From: a virus
Lineage: Duplodnaviria; Caudoviricetes
Length of the DNA: 31,027 nt
Virus record (IMG/VR): IMGVR_UViG_3300024496_000079
Span: 1-31,027 of that record
Direction: 5' to 3' (one strand)
This document shows, in pieces, positions 18,905-26,921 of this stretch. The notes beneath the pieces are model-generated. The model was not told where the DNA came from. It saw only the letters and a list, made by a program, of their open reading frames with translations, and did not search any database. The position numbers were made by a program, and so were the translations under genes. Positions within the stretch are counted from its first letter, which is position 1; each line of letters opens with the position of its first letter.

Positions 18905-19828
18905 TTATGCCGCTTGAATTTCGACCCAATTAGGATCTTGGTAGTTGCCAATCGCAGACCAGTTTGGATTTTGCGTATTACTAACTACCGTCCATCCACC
19001 TATTACTACCGACCCTATCTGCCCCGTGCCAGATACGCCAGTTACTACTACGCTATCGTCAGTCTTAAAGGAGACTGTGCCTATTGCTCCTGTTCCAGAA
19101 ACCCCTGTTGGAGTTTTCTGTGGTGTTGGGCGAACCGTTCCTGTAGAACCTGTGCCTCCAACACCGGTAACCTCAACTGCTGTTCCAAAGAATGGCGTTA
19201 CCTGACCTACCGCCCCGACCCCGCCAACCCCTGTCGCAACAAAGGTTGAGCTAATCGAGAATGAAACCGAACCAATTGATCCTGTTCCGTTTACACCAAC
19301 CGCCGTGATGCTAACTTGGCGGGTTACCGTTCCAACCGATCCAGTTCCGGATACTCCGGTAACAGGATAAATAAGCCCAGACGAAACAGTTACATTTCCT
19401 ACTGCTCCGACACCTCCAACACCAATCGGTATGACATAGTCATTAACCTGTACAGAGAAGTTGCCAATCTGACCAACTCCCTGCACACCCGTGGTGGTGA
19501 AGGATATAAACGGGGTGATTGTTCCAACCTGACCCGTTCCTTCGACCCCAACCGGGATCACAATGTCCCCTGTTGTTGTAGTTACGTTCCCTACATTGCC
19601 CGTACCGGAAACGCCGGTAATCGATGGGCTTACAACTAGAGTGACACTGCCTACACTGCCTGTTCCTGATACTCCTGTTGGGGTGACAATCTTGGCTTCA
19701 ATGATGCCGCCCCAACCATTCTCACCCCATGTGCCGATACCCCATCCTGATGTATTGGTCGTAGGAATACCGCCCCAAGTGGCATCCCCCCACGCACCTT
19801 CACCCCAAGCCTTGACAAGGTTTGGCAC
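18905..19828 (-). CDS. Repeat-built virion fibre protein (WG N-terminus plus about 11 GVxGxGxxGxV repeats)
   Basis: WGEGAWGDATWGG and WGIGTWGENGWGG, then TGVSGTGSVG-type repeats. Confidence 0.65.
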   Translation of the reverse strand: MPNLVKAWGEGAWGDATWGGIPTTNTSGWGIGTWGENGWGGIIEAKIVTPTGVSGTGSVGSVTLVVSPSITGVSGTGNVGNVTTTTGDIVIPVGVEGTGQVGTITPFISFTTTGVQGVGQIGNFSVQVNDYVIPIGVGGVGAVGNVTVSSGLIYPVTGVSGTGSVGTVTRQVSITAVGVNGTGSIGSVSFSISSTFVATGVGGVGAVGQVTPFFGTAVEVTGVGGTGSTGTVRPTPQKTPTGVSGTGAIGTVSFKTDDSVVVTGVSGTGQIGSVVIGGWTVVSNTQNPNWSAIGNYQDPNWVEIQAA

Positions 19829-19840
19829 ATTCTCTTCCTA

Positions 19841-20302
19841 TTAGGCAATACGAATAATTGCAGTTGCTGCCGCAGGAGCCGGGAATTGAATCTGGAAGTC
19901 GCCCGAACTCACCTGCTGGTCACCACCAAAATTCAACACTGCGCAGGCAGGATCACCAGTGGCGCTATCGTTGTAAATGATTGCTCCAGAAGTGGTAAAT
20001 GTCGCACCACTCCATGTAGTGTTATCAAAGTCACAAACAGCAGTCGTGCCGTCTGCAACCGGCGTAACTGATGTCAACGTGTTGCCACCCGTGGTGTAAC
20101 CGTTTCCATTAGACAACTCATCCGAATTGCCCGTCAGATTGGTGTAGCTAGTCGTAGCTGCGCCGTAAGTTCCTGTAATAGATGCCGTAGCCTTGCCAAG
20201 AGCAATCTTGAAGGTGTTTCCAGTAGAGGCTGTGAAATTGTGTACCGCCTTCAGGATTTCCACCTTGAACGAGGTCGGCATTGCTGTAGTAAATCCGGGC
20301 AT
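19841..20302 (-). CDS. Virion structural protein (paralog of 20594-21010)
   Basis: TSFKVEILKAVHNFT...KIAL...YTTGG..L...IYNDS...AVLNFGGD...AIIRIA. Confidence 0.65.
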   Translation of the reverse strand: MPGFTTAMPTSFKVEILKAVHNFTASTGNTFKIALGKATASITGTYGAATTSYTNLTGNSDELSNGNGYTTGGNTLTSVTPVADGTTAVCDFDNTTWSGATFTTSGAIIYNDSATGDPACAVLNFGGDQQVSSGDFQIQFPAPAAATAIIRIA

Positions 20303-20303
20303 G

Positions 20304-20591
20304 TTAATTCTCCAAAAGTTTTACCAATTCAGGGTGCCCCGCTTCACGAAGGCGATTTGCCAGTGTGGTGTTATGCGAGGCAACTGCCTGACGCATATAC
20401 CGCACCAATACTGCTCGGATCTGGCTCTTGAACGCTTCCGCTTGGTCTCGGATAACGGGATGAGAGCTTTCCCCAACATAAACAATTTTCTCTAGCGCCA
20501 TTTCTGCGACTTCCTCTGGAGTAAACCCTCGACCAGAGACTGAAACAGCCTTAATTTCTCCCAAAAGAACGCCGCCAGAGCTAGAGATCAT
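20304..20591 (-). CDS. Conserved phage hypothetical protein
   Basis: 95 aa with GRGFTPEEVAEMALEKI..HPVIRDQAEAFK, tightly packed in the operon. Confidence 0.65.
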   Translation of the reverse strand: MISSSGGVLLGEIKAVSVSGRGFTPEEVAEMALEKIVYVGESSHPVIRDQAEAFKSQIRAVLVRYMRQAVASHNTTLANRLREAGHPELVKLLEN

Positions 20592-20593
20592 AA

Positions 20594-21010
20594 TTAATAT
20601 GTACTTCTTATTAATGCTTCCGTTGCTGTATTCGGAGGCATGGTTATCAAAAAGGTCGTCGTGGATGTCTTATCAGACCCAAAATCAAGCACCGCTATCG
20701 ACTTGTTGCCCTTGCTTGCGTTGTAAATCAATGCACATCTAGCCGTTATAGCCCCTGTCCAAGACACATCTGGGAAATCTACGTATGCCGTTGTCCCAGA
20801 AGAAGACACAGAAACAGGAGAAAGGACAGATCCCCCTGCCACGTAATTGCCCCCACTTGCCTCGTTTGATGCCGTATAAACAGTCGTATCTGCGTTTAAA
20901 TTTGCATCTGCTGTGTATAAGGCTATCTTTATGGTGTCAGTTGTCAAGTCATGAACGCCCTTGTACAACTCTTCCTTAAAGCTTGTGGTCTGTGTCTGGA
21001 CGATGCTCAT
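20594..21010 (-). CDS. Virion structural protein (paralog of 19841-20302)
   Basis: TSFKEELYKGVHDLT..KIALY...YVAGG..L...IYNAS...AVLDFGSD...ALIR. Confidence 0.65.
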   Translation of the reverse strand: MSIVQTQTTSFKEELYKGVHDLTTDTIKIALYTADANLNADTTVYTASNEASGGNYVAGGSVLSPVSVSSSGTTAYVDFPDVSWTGAITARCALIYNASKGNKSIAVLDFGSDKTSTTTFLITMPPNTATEALIRSTY

Positions 21011-21933
21011 TAATTCACCTGCAATCTGACCTGACCATCACGATAAGCATCCATACGCTGCTTGCCATCTCCCAGATTCTTGAGAAGAGCAATCGACTGT
21101 GTATAACGATCCTCGTACAACCCTCTGTCTTCAGGCAGGACTTTCATATATGTCAACGCTTCCAACATCGTGGCATTGAACAGGGCTGAGTCAAAGTTGT
21201 CTCCAAGCCAAGTCGTGCCAGTTGCGTTGGTTACTGTGCCGACGGTTACCGTAAACCCTGATCCCAGACCACCAATATCTGCCGCGTCTGCGCTCAACAC
21301 ATCGTTAGTGACGTAATAACATCCACCGTCCACCAAGCTGACAGAAGTAATGACATTCCCGGAAATGATGATGTTGACCAGCGCACCGTACCCTGTGCCA
21401 TTGGTCAAAGGCACATTGAAGTAGGTTCCGTTTGCGTATCCCGTTCCAGCATTGGTAATAGACAAGGTTGAAATCGGGCTTTGAACAATCGAATCCGGGT
21501 AGTAGTAATAATGCAGTTCTGCCCCATAGTTTGCATCAGGGGTAGGACCAACGATGAATGTCAGTTCATTAACATTCGATGAGACAGGACCAAACAGGGC
21601 GTAGTGTTTTGGCTTGCCGGTGTCTGATGGACCGGGATATGCCTCGCGGATAAAGTTCACATCCTTGTTCAGCAAATAGGAGTAATCCCCGCCGCCACTG
21701 GGATAGATTGCTAGGGAGTACACAGAGAGGAAGTCTGTCGGGCACTGGAGGTACTTGTTCCCGGACGTAAGTGTTCCCGTCACGTTCTTTCTCAGGTTTG
21801 CAATCTGCACCGTGTTGTAGATGCGCTGCTCTGCCTGACGTATGAACGTGTTTATGATTCGCGGGTTAGACGCATAGTCAAAATCGTTTTCCGCGTAATC
21901 CTGAACTGTGCTGACAAGGTCTGCGTAGTTCAT
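21010..21933 (-). CDS. Head-tail adaptor / neck protein with inserted beta domain
   Basis: MNYADLVSTVQDYAE..FIRQAEQRIY..GKPKHYA..VGPTPD..Y..EL.YY...TWLGDN...LF...LEA pattern typical of podophage adaptors. Confidence 0.6.
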   Translation of the reverse strand: MNYADLVSTVQDYAENDFDYASNPRIINTFIRQAEQRIYNTVQIANLRKNVTGTLTSGNKYLQCPTDFLSVYSLAIYPSGGGDYSYLLNKDVNFIREAYPGPSDTGKPKHYALFGPVSSNVNELTFIVGPTPDANYGAELHYYYYPDSIVQSPISTLSITNAGTGYANGTYFNVPLTNGTGYGALVNIIISGNVITSVSLVDGGCYYVTNDVLSADAADIGGLGSGFTVTVGTVTNATGTTWLGDNFDSALFNATMLEALTYMKVLPEDRGLYEDRYTQSIALLKNLGDGKQRMDAYRDGQVRLQVN

Positions 21934-21936
21934 TTA

Positions 21937-22194
21937 TCACCCCATTGGACCACGCGCCATCACACCCTTGGTTGCTGCACCGGTGCCACGAATCTTGATG
22001 CCAGAGGTCTTGTCGGCTGGGTAGTTACCCTTGCTGATCGTGCCAACAGAAATGTCCATGTTGTCCATGACCTTCGCGCCGGACTCGGTATTGACCTTGG
22101 GTTTGGTTGCCTTACCAGACATATCATGGGGCGCGGCATAGGTTTTAGCCTGACCGACTTCCTTGCCACCCATTTTGTGACTGAACTTAGCCAT
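21937..22194 (-). CDS. Small basic protein with KMGG motif and C-terminal RGTGAATKG
   Basis: 85 aa, Lys/Gly-rich. Confidence 0.65.
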   Translation of the reverse strand: MAKFSHKMGGKEVGQAKTYAAPHDMSGKATKPKVNTESGAKVMDNMDISVGTISKGNYPADKTSGIKIRGTGAATKGVMARGPMG

Positions 22195-22358
22195 TATCGA
22201 CCCCTTCCGGTAGAACGCTGGTTCATGGCACGAGCCAAATTACGCCCATATTTCTTCATTTCTGAGCTTGTCACGCCGCCTTTGCTCATTTTATGCATAC
22301 GTTTTTCATGCGCCTTGACTTCCTTATCGGCGATCTTCTTAACTTCTGACTTATCCAT
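22194..22358 (-). CDS. Small basic protein (54 aa) with MSKGG motif
   Basis: Below the ORF-track cutoff. Hand translation: MDKSEVKKIADKEVKAHEKRMHKMSKGGVTSSEMKKYGRNLARAMNQRSTGRGR. RBS AAGGAG and a TAATG overlap with the next gene. Confidence 0.75.
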   Translation of the reverse strand: MDKSEVKKIADKEVKAHEKRMHKMSKGGVTSSEMKKYGRNLARAMNQRSTGRGR

Positions 22359-22367
22359 GTTTGCTCC

Positions 22368-22784
22368 TTATGTCACACTTACAGTCGCGTTTCCTACCAG
22401 CGCCTTAGACACCAGATTATTTGGTGTCAAAACGGCATCGTAATTTCTAGAACCACCAACCGGATACCAGCCCCATTGAATATCCCGTGAGCCACCTGTG
22501 GGGTATCCGGCATCTCCACCATTCGGGGCATCCTGTAGACCGTTTAAACCAGCGGTAAAGTAGGTCGTATCTGGACGCGGTTCCCGGACTGCTTGCGGAT
22601 CATCCACTGGGTACATACCCAATTGCAACTGAGGATGATCAGGAGACCAGCACTCGTCACAAACTTTCAATTGGTACAACTTTGTTTTAACAACCTCATA
22701 ACGAAGCTGCTTAAGTTTAAACCTAAAACCGCAAATATCACACTGGGCAATGCTCCATTTTCCAGAGGAATATCTGTTTCCCAT
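22368..22784 (-). CDS. Conserved zinc-ribbon phage protein
   Basis: CDICGFRF...VCDECWSPDHPQ...DPQAVREPRPD (two CxxC pairs). Confidence 0.7.
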   Translation of the reverse strand: MGNRYSSGKWSIAQCDICGFRFKLKQLRYEVVKTKLYQLKVCDECWSPDHPQLQLGMYPVDDPQAVREPRPDTTYFTAGLNGLQDAPNGGDAGYPTGGSRDIQWGWYPVGGSRNYDAVLTPNNLVSKALVGNATVSVT

Positions 22785-23716
22785 CAGTAATAACTCCCAC
22801 CAATGAAAGTTGCCCTTGGGACAAGTCTCAGAGCAGCTTTTTCCCGGTCTTCTCCTGCCGCCAGATTGAACTGTTCGTCATAGACAGCCTTCAACATATC
22901 CAGCCTTGATGCCATTTCTGGGATCTTCATGGCGATGTAATAAGCCAATCCTGCGACTAGGCATGGGTAGAACCTGAAGTTCATATCTGCCGTCTGGACA
23001 CCGTTACCCGCATCCTGCACCCTGCGCAGTCTCCAGTAGGCAAGCGTGTAGGTCTGGGAGCCATCAGGCGTAGGCCAGACAGTAACGGCTGGAAGCTGCG
23101 GCGCATAGACCGTTGTGCCAGTGGTATGGGATGCGGCGGTTGTGTTGTTCTGACCACGGAATATATTCATCAGGACGTTGCCAGAAATATAACCGTAGTA
23201 GATGTCTTCACTGTCAATCCGGATGTATCCACTTGAGGCTAAGTTATTTGTGGAACTTAGGGTGATCGTGTTGCTTGTGGCAGTAAGGTTGCCAACCAAG
23301 GTAGCCCCGGCAGGACCAACCTGACCAGACAACCGCTGTATCCAGATCTGAATTGGACGAGCTTGAGTGAGCTTATTTGGGATTGTTGCGTAGGTCGATG
23401 CGCTGATGCGGCTGATGTTTAAATCAGTTTGCAGGTTCTGCTGGTTGGCGTTTGTACGAATTACATGCTCCAACAGGTCAATCGTGTCTATAGGTAGTGG
23501 GTATGTGTTTAAACCTTGCTCGAACGTAATCGTCCCTTGCTCGATTGTCCACATGTTGATACCACGGTTTGCCCACTCAATCGTCAAAAGGTTCATGGAA
23601 CGACGAGCAGTCTTGAGATCGTAACCGCTGCGCATCTCGCGCCCAGCCCTCTCCCACGCCTCCTCGGCGATCTCCGTGAACTCCATATTGAATAGAGTGG
23701 AGCCGGTGGTTGTCAT
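22784..23716 (-). CDS. Head-to-tail connector (P22 gp4-like / tail tubular A) with inserted beta domain
   Basis: EIAEEAWERAG..GYDLKTARRSMNLL..EWANRG.N.W...VWPTPD...RFYPCLVAGLAYYIA..K. Confidence 0.65.
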   Translation of the reverse strand: MTTTGSTLFNMEFTEIAEEAWERAGREMRSGYDLKTARRSMNLLTIEWANRGINMWTIEQGTITFEQGLNTYPLPIDTIDLLEHVIRTNANQQNLQTDLNISRISASTYATIPNKLTQARPIQIWIQRLSGQVGPAGATLVGNLTATSNTITLSSTNNLASSGYIRIDSEDIYYGYISGNVLMNIFRGQNNTTAASHTTGTTVYAPQLPAVTVWPTPDGSQTYTLAYWRLRRVQDAGNGVQTADMNFRFYPCLVAGLAYYIAMKIPEMASRLDMLKAVYDEQFNLAAGEDREKAALRLVPRATFIGGSYY

Positions 23717-24159
23717 TTTGCTGCCCTCATGTTGTCAACCAGCATTAAACCGTAAGAACCTTTTTCTTCAAGGTAACTTATGGCTTTTGCAAGAACATCA
23801 ACAGAATCTTTTGCCATGCCAAGCAATGAATTGCAATTTAGACACAAAATACCGCGAAAATCACCGGTTTCATGATTGTGATCAATCGCATATTTACGCT
23901 TCCTATTTTCATAGGTCATTAAATCAGGAAGCTCTACATCACATATGGCACAACAACCTTTTTGAGAGTCCCATGCATTTAAAAACTCTTGATGGGTGAC
24001 TCCGTACTTATACTTTAAATGCTGCTCAAGACGCTTTTTTGGCGACCGGCTTTCCCAACTATTCCTCTGTTTGTGTTTTTGGCACGGTATGCAAAGATAC
24101 TGTCCTTTCCAGAACTGATCTAAGTTTTTCTCTGTTTCACAAACAGGGCATCGTTTCAT
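23713..24159 (-). mobile_element. Free-standing homing endonuclease, recombination endonuclease VII (His-Me finger) family
   Basis: N-terminal CxxC..CxxC, then KYGVT..F...Q.GCCAIC...IDHNHETG.FRGILC..CN..LG...D. AT-rich and flanked by a duplicated peptide end. Confidence 0.85.
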
Positions 24160-24416
24160 TTTTTACGCGCTGCTCTTAAGTTATCCACTAAATTCGGGTA
24201 GGGCCTACCAGCAGCCTTTGCCATCGCCTTGGCTTTTGCCTTCTTGGCTGGGCTAAGTTTCTTTGGCTTCCCTAGTCCTTCCGGGCGGGGCTTGTTCCAA
24301 ACCTCACCGCCTTTGGCGTAAATCTCAACTGGGTAATTGCCATCCCTTTTTTTAACAATTCGAGGCTTGGGAACTTTGGATTCCCTAATCGCCCCCATGC
24401 CTCGGCTTGCCATCAT
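24156..24416 (-). CDS. Small Lys-rich protein (SRGMGA, YAKGG, GRPYPNLVDN motifs)
   Basis: 86 aa, highly basic. Confidence 0.7.
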   Translation of the reverse strand: MMASRGMGAIRESKVPKPRIVKKRDGNYPVEIYAKGGEVWNKPRPEGLGKPKKLSPAKKAKAKAMAKAAGRPYPNLVDNLRAARKK

Positions 24417-24676
24417 AGGATTCGTCCTTTCGTTTTGCCTTTTTTGGCAATGCCGTCAGCAGCCTTTACATAACCGCCCTTGCGGTAGTTGGTCATGCCC
24501 TCACCAAACTTAGCTTTAGTCGGCTTGCCCGGTAAATTGACAGGCTTGGACTTATCGCCGGGTTTGCCGGGAAGGGTGACTGGTTTACCAAAGATGCCAG
24601 TTTCCATGTTGTCCTGATTCTTTTTATTCTTGGCATCCAGCTTGGCTTGCTCTACATCTAATGGAGTGACTGCCAT
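24413..24676 (-). CDS. Small basic protein with C-terminal YRKGG...ADGIAKKGKTKG tag
   Basis: ATG at 24676 preferred over TTG at 24682. Internal KPVxLPGKP duplication. Confidence 0.7.
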   Translation of the reverse strand: MAVTPLDVEQAKLDAKNKKNQDNMETGIFGKPVTLPGKPGDKSKPVNLPGKPTKAKFGEGMTNYRKGGYVKAADGIAKKGKTKGRIL

Positions 24677-24678
24677 GA

Positions 24679-25074
24679 TCAATACACCTTACATTTGGTT
24701 TTGCCGCGTTTGGCAATGCCGTCAGCTCGACTAGAAGCAGAAACTTTACCGCCTTTTTTGTAGCCTTCTTTTTTCATCATTGCTTTCGGGTCAAGGTCTG
24801 CGCCCAACTGCATTTCGCGGGTATCCGATACACCTGCGCCACCACTACCACCGCCAAAGCCTTTAAATGATGTTATTGGTTTTTTTAATGTTTTTGGAAT
24901 ACCTTCAGGTCTTTGCACTCCTACATTAACTGCTGTCATAGGATTACCAGATCTATCAACCGTAGAGCTTGATTGCCTTCTGGTTTTAGCACCTTTTACG
25001 CCATCATCTCCAGCAAATCTTGCTGTATTTCTCTCATACAAATCATTGTAGTTTTGGTTTTCATATTTAGCCAT
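24679..25074 (-). CDS. Basic protein with C-terminal YKKGG...RADGIAKRGKTKC tag
   Basis: 131 aa with an AT-rich 5' half. Confidence 0.7.
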   Translation of the reverse strand: MAKYENQNYNDLYERNTARFAGDDGVKGAKTRRQSSSTVDRSGNPMTAVNVGVQRPEGIPKTLKKPITSFKGFGGGSGGAGVSDTREMQLGADLDPKAMMKKEGYKKGGKVSASSRADGIAKRGKTKCKVY

Positions 25075-26030
25075 TAGCAGATCCTTCCCTTGGTCTTACC
25101 GCGCTTGGCAATGCCGTCAGCGCGGGTAGATGCACTGCTGACCTTGCCCCCAGATGCATATTTCTTAACTGGCTTGGCTTTGACCTTACCGCCCTTTTTC
25201 ATAGGACCCTGCTCAAACCCTGCTCTGCCTGTAAACATGGGGTCTATTTCTTGGATGTACTTGCCAGCCCTGCCACCATATCTTTCTGCTTCACGGGAAG
25301 CTTCTCCTGCCCCAGCTTCGGCATCTTGCATTTCACGCAATCCTCGTTTATTTAAAGCTGCTGCGCCAAGACCTAGCCCAGCAAGACCTAACAATGGCAA
25401 TGCAGCATCAGAGCCAGAAGAAACTTTCTGACCAGCCCTGTTCCTAGCATCCATCGTTTCTTTAATTGGAGTGCCAGCGCGTGTACGAGCAACACTGCGA
25501 AGCTCGGATGTCTTTGGAGCCTTTAAACCTTCCATGCGACGCTGTGCAATACCTTTTTCGTCCGTGCCAAAACCACTTGCACCAGTACTAATATTGATTG
25601 GTTTTTTGTCTTGTTTTGCAACAGGACGAGGACGAGGACGCGGGGTAACTTTAGGACCCTCTACACCGGGAGATACACCACCTTCTCCAGTTCCCTGTGC
25701 GGTCAAAGCACCACGCAAACCAACTGGCATGGAAACTTCTGGGGTATCAGGGGTGGGTTTGGGAAGCATTGGACCACCAAAACCCGGAACACCACGACCA
25801 GAATCCGTGGTCTTTATTTCGCCTACAGGAATACTCTTAGTACGTTCAGCAAGACCACGACCAGCACCAAAACGCTTATAAGCCTCAGATTTTGGGTCGT
25901 CAATGTTACCCATGCGGAGGCGATCCAATAACCCAACCTTGTCATCTTTTGATGCCTTCAAACCTTCTTCTTTAAGTTTGCTGATGTCGTCTTCAGAAGT
26001 TCCACCGGCGTATTTCTTGACCTTTTTCAT
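25074..26030 (-). CDS. Basic low-complexity protein with several xxGG motifs and C-terminal RADGIAKRGKTKG tag
   Basis: Start re-assigned to ATG 26030 (AGGAG RBS). Motifs YAGG, MKKGG and YASGG, plus a hydrophobic Gly-zipper LPLLGLAGLGLGAAAL. Confidence 0.7.
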   Translation of the reverse strand: MKKVKKYAGGTSEDDISKLKEEGLKASKDDKVGLLDRLRMGNIDDPKSEAYKRFGAGRGLAERTKSIPVGEIKTTDSGRGVPGFGGPMLPKPTPDTPEVSMPVGLRGALTAQGTGEGGVSPGVEGPKVTPRPRPRPVAKQDKKPINISTGASGFGTDEKGIAQRRMEGLKAPKTSELRSVARTRAGTPIKETMDARNRAGQKVSSGSDAALPLLGLAGLGLGAAALNKRGLREMQDAEAGAGEASREAERYGGRAGKYIQEIDPMFTGRAGFEQGPMKKGGKVKAKPVKKYASGGKVSSASTRADGIAKRGKTKGRIC

Positions 26031-26041
26031 GGCAACTCCTT

Positions 26042-26407
26042 TTAGCACTTACCGCCGTATGCCATCTTGATGTCTTTGCCCTTGGTTTTGCCCTTCTTGG
26101 CAATGCCATCTGCCGATTTATGCCCAGAGGTTAGACCGCCAGAAGCCATCTTCTTGACCTTGCCCTTCATCTCAGATTCTTCATGTTTGATCATGGATGC
26201 AGGAGCGCCTTTCTTTTTCATGAACGACACTTCCTTCTTGACCATTGCTTTTGACTCTTTCATTTCGCCTCCTTTGGCTTTCTTGGAAAGGCCCGCCTCG
26301 GAAAGACCTATGGCAATAGCCTGTTTGGGGTTGGTGACCTTTTGACCCGAAGAGGATTTCAGATCACCACGTTTAAACTCTTTCATCACGGTACGAACTT
26401 TATCCAT
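26042..26407 (-). CDS. Basic protein with DUF6496-like N-terminus and ADGIAKKGKTKG tag
   Basis: KVRTVMKEFKRGDLKSSSGQKVTNPKQAIAIGLSEA, then AKGG, MASGG and MAYGG motifs. Confidence 0.7.
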   Translation of the reverse strand: MDKVRTVMKEFKRGDLKSSSGQKVTNPKQAIAIGLSEAGLSKKAKGGEMKESKAMVKKEVSFMKKKGAPASMIKHEESEMKGKVKKMASGGLTSGHKSADGIAKKGKTKGKDIKMAYGGKC

Positions 26408-26660
26408 TACCTCTCTCCATCAATCTATCTAGCTTTGCATCAAGCCGGTCTAGGCGGTCTAGAACCCGATTGATGTCTGCATGGACCTCAACCTTCGTGA
26501 CATATTCTTTCGCCACCTCTTCGCGGGTGCGATTCAACAGGATCTGGAGTCTTTGAAGTTCTTCCTTCTGAGATTCCAGTTCCTTGTCTTTGATTCTCCA
26601 ACCCCATCCGATCAATGCCAAAATGACCGTGATGGCGGTGTTCCATAAAACCATTTCCAT
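26400..26660 (-). CDS. N-terminal TM plus coiled-coil protein
   Basis: LWNTAITVILALIGWGW followed by EYVTKVEV...LDRLDRLDAKLDRL. Confidence 0.7.
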   Translation of the reverse strand: MEMVLWNTAITVILALIGWGWRIKDKELESQKEELQRLQILLNRTREEVAKEYVTKVEVHADINRVLDRLDRLDAKLDRLMERGNG

Positions 26661-26921
26661 TTAACAGTTCCACGCTCTTAAAGATTTGTTAATCCGGCTG
26701 TTAGGATCGTTCGCTGTCTTTGAGCTTGTCAGTTTCTTTTTCATACCTGACATTCGAGCGCAGAACGATGCCTTGCGACCAGCGGATTCTTTGGTCTTGG
26801 GGTGAGGGGCGGGGGGCTTGAGATTCATCCCCTGCTTCTTTGCTGAAGCGCGACCTTTCGCGTTCAGACCACCCTTCGGATTCTTGCCTTCTGATCTTTG
26901 CCATGCTGGAGTCTTAGCCAT
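26661..26921 (-). CDS. Small basic conserved phage protein (DUF6321-like)
   Basis: Start re-assigned to ATG 26921: AWQRSEGKNPKGGLNAKGRAS...RKASFCARM...SRINKSLRAWNC. Confidence 0.7.
   Translation of the reverse strand: MAKTPAWQRSEGKNPKGGLNAKGRASAKKQGMNLKPPAPHPKTKESAGRKASFCARMSGMKKKLTSSKTANDPNSRINKSLRAWNC

Larger units (their letters stand above)
24444..26113. repeat. Four dispersed copies of TTGGCAATGCC[G/A]TC[A/T]GC encoding the ADGIAK tag
   Basis: Identical 17-mer at 24444-24460, 24710-24726 and 25105-25121, and a variant at 26097-26113. Confidence 0.85.

Noticed and set aside
23713-24159. Group I intron or intein housing the nuclease
   Set aside because: The ORF is coupled directly to both neighbours with no non-coding room for a ribozyme core, and it has no intein splice motifs.
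24444-26113. 17-nt repeats as a CRISPR array or att sites
   Set aside because: Spacing is irregular (266-992 nt) and every copy is in frame, encoding the same peptide tag.
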